NCBI GenBank assembly: GCA_051251915.1
Contig: JBPOGF010000001.1
Location: forward strand, 96,001-160,000
Length of the DNA stretch: 64,000 nt
From: Akkermansiaceae bacterium
Lineage (GTDB): Bacteria > Verrucomicrobiota > Verrucomicrobiia > Verrucomicrobiales > Akkermansiaceae
Direction of reading: 5' to 3'
Translations under genes and position numbers: made by a program
Notes under the pieces: generated by a model
Seen by the model: the letters and a program-made list of their open reading frames with translations, nothing else
Told to the model about the DNA's origin: nothing
Database searches by the model: none
Shown: positions 58,472 through 64,000 of the stretch, piece after piece
Layout of the letters: the number at the start of each line of letters is the position of its first letter
Numbering within the stretch: the stretch's first letter is position 1

Positions 58472-61297
58472 TTACTTGAGCCATTTTCCGGTTAAGGAGG
58501 TTTTTGATTTGGCGATTTTTGAGGGGGGGCCTTGGGCTACTATTTTGCCGCCGTGTTTGCCGCCGCCTGGGCCTAGGTCGATGATGTGGTCTGCGTGGCG
58601 GATGATGTCTAGGTTGTGCTCTACGATGATGAGGGAGTTGCCGGCATCACGGAGGTTGGTGAGGGCGGTGAGGAGGATTTCTATGTCTTTGAAGTGGAGG
58701 CCTGTGGTGGGTTCGTCTAGGAGGTAGAGGGTGTTGCCGATGGAGGTTTTGGCTAGTTCTGTGGCGAGTTTTACGCGCTGGGCTTCTCCTCCTGAAAGGG
58801 TGTTGGCGGGTTGGCCTAGTTTGATGTAGCCTAGGCCAACGTTTACTAGGGAGGATAGGATGGCGTCTAGTTTGGGGATGTTGGTGAAGAAGGTGGCGGC
58901 TTCTTGGGCGGTCATTTCTAGGGTTTCTGCGATGTTTTTTCCTTTGTAGGTGATTTCTAGGGTTTCGCGGTTGTAGCGTTTTCCTTGGCAGGAGTCGCAG
59001 GGGATGTAGGCGTCTGCGAGGAAGTGCATGTCGATTTTTATGGCGCCGTCTCCGGAGCATTTTTCGCAGCGTCCGCCTTTGACGTTGAATGAGAATCTGC
59101 CGGCTTTGTAGCCTCGTTGGCGGGAGAGGGGGAGCTTGGCGAAGAGTTGGCGGATGTGGTCTAGGGAGCCGGTGTAGGTGGCGGGGTTAGAGCGGGGGGA
59201 TTTTCCCAGGGCGGATTGGTCTACAACTATGACACGGTCGATGTGTTCCATGCCTTCGATGGATTTGTGGGCACCTGGGGTGGCTTTTGTTTTGTGGAAT
59301 TTTCTGGCGAGGGCGCGGTGGAGGATGTTGTGGATGAGAGTGGATTTTCCGGAGCCTGAGGAGCCAGTTACGCAAACTAGTTGGTTTAGGGGGATGGAGA
59401 CTGTTAGGTTGTTTAGGTTGTTTTCTTTTGCTCCGATTATTTTTAAAAAGTGATCAGTGATCGGTGATCGGTGATCGGTGGGGAGTGCAGGCTGTGTCTG
59501 GTTTTTGTTGAGGTAGTGGGCGGTTAGGGAGGTTTTTGATTTTAGGAGGTCTTTTGGGGTTCCGGAGAAGAGGAGTTTGCCGCCTTGGGCGCCGGCTTCT
59601 GGGCCGATGTCTATTATCCAGTCGGCGGCGCGGATGGTTTCTTCGTCGTGCTCTACGACTACGACGGTGTTGCCTGCGTCGCGGAGTTTTTTGAGGGCGG
59701 TGATGAGCATGGCGTTGTCTTGCTGGTGGAGGCCGATGGAGGGCTCGTCTAGGACGTAGACTACGCCGGCTAGGCCTGCTCCGAGCTGGGTGGCGAGGCG
59801 GATGCGCTGGGATTCTCCTCCGGAGAGGGTGCCGCTTTTGCGGTCTAGGGTGAGGTATCCTAGGCCGACGTTGTTGAGGAATTCTAGGCGTTCACGGACT
59901 TCTTTGATGAGGTTGTTGCCGATGTCTTGGTGTTCTGGGGGGAGGGTGAAGGTGGCGAGGGTGTGGAGGGAGTCTTCTACGGGGAGTTGGGTGAAGTCTT
60001 GGATGCCGAGGTTGTTGATTTTGACGTGGAGGATTTCTGGTTTGAGGCGTTGGCCGTCACAGGTTTTGCAGTGTTGGGAGGTGAGGTATTTTCCCATGCT
60101 GCGTTTGACTCCTTCTGATTCGGTTTCTCGGTTGAGGCGTTCTACGGTGTTGCAGAGGCCTTCGTAGGTTTTCTTCCAGGGGATGAGTTGGCCGTCGCGT
60201 TCCCATATCATGGTGATTTCTGTGTCGCCTAGGCCGTAGAAGAGGGCATCTTTGTATTTTTTGGGGAGTTTTGAGAATGGTTTGTCGAGGTCGACTTTGA
60301 AGTGGTCGGCTATGGCTTCGACTTGGCGTTGGACCCAGCCTTTTTTGGTTTTGGTTCCGCCCCAGATTTGGATGGCACCTTGGTTGAGGGATTTGGTGGG
60401 GTCTGGGACGAGGAGGGTTTGGTCGCAGAAGAGTTGGGTGCCGAGGCCGTGGCAGTCTGGGCAGGCTCCGAGGTGGGAGTTGAATGAGAAGTGTTTGGGG
60501 GTGAGGGCTGGGAGTTCGTAGCCGGTGTTGGGGTTTCTGTAGCTGGTGAGGAATGAAATTTCTTGGTAGTCGTCATCGTCTGGGGTCATGACGAGGGCTT
60601 TGGTTTCTGAGCCGCAGAGGCGGAGGGCCATTTCTACGGAGTCTGCTAGGCGGGATTCCATGCCTTCTCTTATGACTAGGCGGTCGATGACGATTTCTAG
60701 TGAGGTGGTGGTTTCTGGCCAGTTTTGCTGGGCTTGGTCGATTTCTGTTAGGTGGCCGTTGATGCGGATGCGGATGAAGCCTTGGCGCTGGAGGTCTGCG
60801 AGGAGTCTCTCGGGGTCTTGGGCTTCTGTTAGGGGGATGGGGGCGAGGAGGATGAGTTTGGTGCGCTCTGGTTTGGTGGTGAGTGAATTTACGATGTCCG
60901 TGGAGGTCATCTTTTGGAGTTTTTCTCCGGTGATGGGGTCGTGCGGGGTGCCTGCTGCGGCGTAGAGGATGCGGAGGTAGTCGTAGATTTCTGTGGCTGT
61001 GGCGATGGTGGAGCGTGGGTTTACGCCGCCGGTTTTCTGTTCGATGGCGATGGCTGGGGAGAGGCCTTCGATGGAGTCTACATCTGGTTTCTCGAACTGG
61101 TCTAGGAACTGGCGAGCGTAGGCGGAGAGGGACTCGACGTAGCGGCGCTGGCCTTCTGCGTAGAGGGTGTTGAATGCTAGGGAGGATTTACCTGAGCCGG
61201 AGGGGCCGGTGATGACGACGAGTTTTCCGCGAGGGATGTCTACGTTGATGTTTTGTAGGTTGTGCTGGCGTGCGCCTCTGATTTTGATGGTCTCCAT
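58472..61297 (-). CDS. uvrA: Excinuclease ABC subunit A
   Basis: IKIRGARQHNL, GPSGSGKSSLAF, AEGQRRYVESLS, two ABC modules (LSGGESQR, LSGGEAQR) and zinc fingers. Confidence 0.97.
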   Translation of the reverse strand: METIKIRGARQHNLQNINVDIPRGKLVVITGPSGSGKSSLAFNTLYAEGQRRYVESLSAYARQFLDQFEKPDVDSIEGLSPAIAIEQKTGGVNPRSTIATATEIYDYLRILYAAAGTPHDPITGEKLQKMTSTDIVNSLTTKPERTKLILLAPIPLTEAQDPERLLADLQRQGFIRIRINGHLTEIDQAQQNWPETTTSLEIVIDRLVIREGMESRLADSVEMALRLCGSETKALVMTPDDDDYQEISFLTSYRNPNTGYELPALTPKHFSFNSHLGACPDCHGLGTQLFCDQTLLVPDPTKSLNQGAIQIWGGTKTKKGWVQRQVEAIADHFKVDLDKPFSKLPKKYKDALFYGLGDTEITMIWERDGQLIPWKKTYEGLCNTVERLNRETESEGVKRSMGKYLTSQHCKTCDGQRLKPEILHVKINNLGIQDFTQLPVEDSLHTLATFTLPPEHQDIGNNLIKEVRERLEFLNNVGLGYLTLDRKSGTLSGGESQRIRLATQLGAGLAGVVYVLDEPSIGLHQQDNAMLITALKKLRDAGNTVVVVEHDEETIRAADWIIDIGPEAGAQGGKLLFSGTPKDLLKSKTSLTAHYLNKNQTQPALPTDHRSPITDHFLKIIGAKENNLNNLTVSIPLNQLVCVTGSSGSGKSTLIHNILHRALARKFHKTKATPGAHKSIEGMEHIDRVIVVDQSALGKSPRSNPATYTGSLDHIRQLFAKLPLSRQRGYKAGRFSFNVKGGRCEKCSGDGAIKIDMHFLADAYIPCDSCQGKRYNRETLEITYKGKNIAETLEMTAQEAATFFTNIPKLDAILSSLVNVGLGYIKLGQPANTLSGGEAQRVKLATELAKTSIGNTLYLLDEPTTGLHFKDIEILLTALTNLRDAGNSLIIVEHNLDIIRHADHIIDLGPGGGKHGGKIVAQGPPSKIAKSKTSLTGKWLK
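59450..59480. repeat. Heptamer tandem repeat GTGATC(A/G) x4.4 within the uvrA inter-domain linker
   Basis: gtgatca-gtgatcg-gtgatcg-gtgatcg-gtg; encodes TDHRSPITDH. Confidence 0.85.
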
Positions 61298-61359
61298 TGC
61301 TTGTAGGAGGATGGACTGGATTTCTTGGGATGGATAGTATTTTTGTGTGTGGTGTTTAT

Positions 61360-61806
61360 CTATCCGTTGGAGGTGTAGAGAGGGGAGAAGAGTAGGTTTG
61401 CGATGAGGATGGCTTGGTGAGCTTTGTGGTCTGGGCAGCGGAAATGGATGTGGGAGTCGTAGTCTTTGTGTTTGAATTCCATGTCTTGGAATTTGAGGCT
61501 TCTGCTAGAGGCTGAGGAGGTGAGTATTGCTGGGGTGGTGGTGTTGTCTTCTGTTATGAAGTGGGCTAGGGAGGAGTCTTGAGCAATTTGGTATTGGAGT
61601 TTTGGGGATTCGTTGATGGTGATTAAATATGGTGAGGATGACCAGGTCCTGAGTATTTGGGAATCTGGTCCATAGAGGATGTATTCTGCTGAGAGGCTTA
61701 GGAGGTGGGGTTGGTGAATGAGGCGGTATTTTGGTGAGCCGTCAATGACTACGTTGGCGTATTTTCGGCGGCCTAAGAAATTTTTCCAGGTTGGTTCTGT
61801 CTGCAT
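61360..61806 (-). CDS. Hypothetical protein (about 148 aa, MQTEPTWKNF...)
   Basis: 3' half of the listed 61360-62349 ORF; the upstream half is an out-of-frame shadow of the nagB-like gene. Confidence 0.65.
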   Translation of the reverse strand: MQTEPTWKNFLGRRKYANVVIDGSPKYRLIHQPHLLSLSAEYILYGPDSQILRTWSSSPYLITINESPKLQYQIAQDSSLAHFITEDNTTTPAILTSSASSRSLKFQDMEFKHKDYDSHIHFRCPDHKAHQAILIANLLFSPLYTSNG

Positions 61807-61853
61807 GAATGAGAGGGTTCCTCGCATGGGCCGTTGTTGTTTTGAGAGGGGAG

Positions 61854-63164
61854 CTATTTGAGGAGGGTGGCTGCGTCTTTGTCTAGGTAGAAGCTGGCAT
61901 TTGGGTGTTCTTGGAGGTAGGAGGCTGAGACGAGGTTGTTTACTGTTCCTGTGATGGCTTCGTTGACGATGGGGGCCTTGCTGGTTCCCCATGCCATGAG
62001 GACGATGCGTTTGGCTGCGAGTATGGTGCCGCAGCCCATTGTGATGGCCATGGTGGGGACGTTTTCGAGTCCGCCGAAGCTGCGGGAGGCGTCTTCGCGG
62101 GTGACATCGGTGAGCTGGACTGCTCTGGTGCGGGAGTTTTTTGGTGATCCTGGTTCGTTGAAGCCGATGTGTCCGGTGCGGCCGATGCCGAGGATCTGGA
62201 GGTCGATGCCGCCGGCGTTTTTGATTTTTTGTTCGTATTGTGCGCAGTGGGCGGGGGTGTCTTCTGGGGTGACTTTTCCGGATGGGAGGTGGATGTTTTC
62301 TGGTTTGATGTCGATGTGGTTGAAAAGGTGATGGTGCAAGTAGAACCAATGGCTTTCTGGGTGTTCGGGGGAGAGGCCTGAGTATTCGACTATGTTGAAG
62401 GTGATGACATTTTGGAAGGAGAGGTTCTCGGTTTGATGGAGGTGTATGAGTTCTTTATAGTAATGGATGGGGGTGCATCCTGCGACGAGTCCGAGGACGG
62501 TTTTACGACCTGCTGCATTGTTGGTGTGGATGAGGTGGGCGGTTTCTTCTGCGAGCTTTTTGGAGGCGGCGTGTTTGTCTACGAATTTCTCTACTGCGAT
62601 CTTTTTTACGGTGGGAGTTCTGTGCTTAGAGGTTCTTAATTTGGTGACGCTTTGTAGGTGTTTTTTAGGGACTATTGCGTAGAAGCAGAAGACGATGGGG
62701 TAGGCGATGATGCCGAGGAAGATGGCTGTGGTTGCTACACCTACTGCGAAATTTGCTAAGTTAACAACGGTTTCAAAAAACGGGATGGTTCGCTCGATGT
62801 CGATGAAGTCTAGCCAGCCGAGATCTAGGACGCCTCTGATTTTAGCACCAACTCGCTCTTGGAAGAGCATGAGGGGGAGTTGGGTGATGGGATTGCTAAC
62901 CCAGCAGGCGGCTACGGCTATGGGGATATTACCTCGTCCCATGAAGCAGCAGACAGCTGCGATGAGCATCTGGAAGGGGAGGGGGAGCATGGCGCAGAAG
63001 AGGCCGATGGAGAACCCGATGGAGACGCTTCTGACACAGGGGCGCCAGAGGTCACGGTTGAAAAATTTGATGACGATTCTATTTAGCCAGCTGACCTTGC
63101 GGATACGGCGATGTCTGAGTGCGCGATAAGATTTCCGCACCAGTTTAGAATAGAAGTGCTGCAT
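61854..63164 (-). CDS. DUF2062-like membrane domain fused to a glucosamine-6-phosphate deaminase (NagB)-like domain
   Basis: N-terminal LWRP..SVSIGFSIGLFCAMLPLPFQM..N.PIA..CWVSNPIT; C-terminal GGIDLQILGIGRTGHIGFNEPGS and VP..AITMG. Confidence 0.85.
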   Translation of the reverse strand: MQHFYSKLVRKSYRALRHRRIRKVSWLNRIVIKFFNRDLWRPCVRSVSIGFSIGLFCAMLPLPFQMLIAAVCCFMGRGNIPIAVAACWVSNPITQLPLMLFQERVGAKIRGVLDLGWLDFIDIERTIPFFETVVNLANFAVGVATTAIFLGIIAYPIVFCFYAIVPKKHLQSVTKLRTSKHRTPTVKKIAVEKFVDKHAASKKLAEETAHLIHTNNAAGRKTVLGLVAGCTPIHYYKELIHLHQTENLSFQNVITFNIVEYSGLSPEHPESHWFYLHHHLFNHIDIKPENIHLPSGKVTPEDTPAHCAQYEQKIKNAGGIDLQILGIGRTGHIGFNEPGSPKNSRTRAVQLTDVTREDASRSFGGLENVPTMAITMGCGTILAAKRIVLMAWGTSKAPIVNEAITGTVNNLVSASYLQEHPNASFYLDKDAATLLK

Positions 63165-63168
63165 CTAG

Positions 63169-63651
63169 CTAATCGTCTAATTTCACAATTTTGATGGAGC
63201 CGGAAGGTTTATTTTGTTCAGAGATAGACTGTGCTAGTGTGGGCGCGGCTGTCTCGTTGTTAGAGTTGGGTGCGCTTGGTTCCTCGCTACCGAGGGCATT
63301 TTTGAGTGCACCTTCTACGAGTTGGCCGCAGTGGATTTTCATGGGTGGGAGTGCTCCGAGGTCGCCGGAGAGTTCTGCTGCGTTGAGATTACTGGCTTCT
63401 TCGGCGGTCTTGCCTTTGAGCATTTCTGTGGCCATGGATGCTACGGCGATGGCGGTCTGGCAGCCGAAGCTCTGGAAGGAGGCTTTGTCGATGACTTTTT
63501 TGCCGTCTTTCTCGGTGAACTTTAGCCACATTCGTAGCATGTCGCCGCAGTCGGGAGATCCGACGGTTCCGACGGAATCAGCATCTTCCATCTCGCCTTG
63601 GTTTTGTGGGTTGGCGAGGGTGTCGCGCACTTTTTGCTCAAAATCACTCAT
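63169..63651 (-). CDS. iscU: IscU/NifU N-terminal-type Fe-S scaffold protein
   Basis: NPQNQGEM, GSPDCGD, FQSFGCQTAIA and LPPMKIHC with three conserved Cys. Confidence 0.88.
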   Translation of the reverse strand: MSDFEQKVRDTLANPQNQGEMEDADSVGTVGSPDCGDMLRMWLKFTEKDGKKVIDKASFQSFGCQTAIAVASMATEMLKGKTAEEASNLNAAELSGDLGALPPMKIHCGQLVEGALKNALGSEEPSAPNSNNETAAPTLAQSISEQNKPSGSIKIVKLDD

Positions 63652-63656
63652 GTGTT

Positions 63657-63686
63657 ACTTTAGAGGCTGGGGGGGTAGATTGGCAA
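63657..63686 (-). promoter_or_regulatory. Putative leaderless promoter of the iscU-like gene
   Basis: Minus strand TTGCCA-18-TAAAGT-5 nt-ATG. Confidence 0.6.
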
Positions 63687-63837
63687 GTGTGAACTGGTTG
63701 TTGAAGGGGGAAAGTTTAAAGGAGAAAGTGGAAAGGCTTGGGGTGATGGTAGCTTGGTTTTTTGACTTATAGAGCTTACCATGATTAGCACTAATCATAG
63801 GAGTATGCTTGGGGTGTTGGTGGTGAGGGCTTTTGGG

Positions 63838-64000
63838 TTATTCGGTTTCTCTTTGCATTGAGGAGCTGGAGTGTGAGGTGTCCTCGCTGCTGGATGGCAT
63901 GTTGGAGGAGATGGGTGATGGGGAAGGTTTAGTTTGGAGGGGATTGAGCGCTTGCATTTCCTTTTCTAGGGTGTGCTTGGCGAGTTTGTCCTCGAAGGTT
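63838..64000 (-). CDS. C-terminal fragment of an unidentified gene entering from the window end
   Basis: Frame reads TFEDKLAKHTLEKEMQALNPLQTKPSPSPISSNMPSSSEDTSHSSSSMQRETE*. Confidence 0.55.
   Translation of the reverse strand, partial: TFEDKLAKHTLEKEMQALNPLQTKPSPSPISSNMPSSSEDTSHSSSSMQRETE

Noticed and set aside
58434..63772. Antisense ORFs over uvrA, the nagB-like gene and iscU, plus the N-terminal half of 61360-62349
   Set aside because: They overlap confident genes and show no motifs

Overview
Bacterial chromosomal window, most likely Verrucomicrobiota (PVC). This assignment is inferred from a PVC-type CxxCH protein, a MoxR/vWA/DUF58 operon and the overall gene content. Housekeeping genes: typA 3' end, dxs, xseB, rpsN, pcrA/uvrD, thrS, infC, rapA, uvrA and an iscU-like gene. 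Also present are an NtrBC-like two-component pair, a 3001-aa TPR protein converging on a MoxR-DUF58-vWA operon, an ABC exporter cluster and a run of orphan genes. No rRNA, tRNA, CRISPR or transposase was seen. The best candidate for an undescribed system is a compact regulon at 30.9-34.6 kb. It has a THI5/NMT1-type sensor kinase, a LytTR regulator and three 11-bp direct-repeat pairs with an exact 21-bp period. These pairs sit in front of the regulator gene, a ~300-nt terminated sRNA/sORF unit and an unannotated 33-aa membrane peptide. Other notable items: a DUF2062-NagB fusion lacking the catalytic Asp, a protease-LRR fusion joined across an A7 tract, an AUA start for infC behind a hairpin leader resembling tRNA-Thr anticodon arms, covarying REP-like elements, and several apparently leaderless promoters. 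All product calls come from motif recognition by eye; no database search was run.
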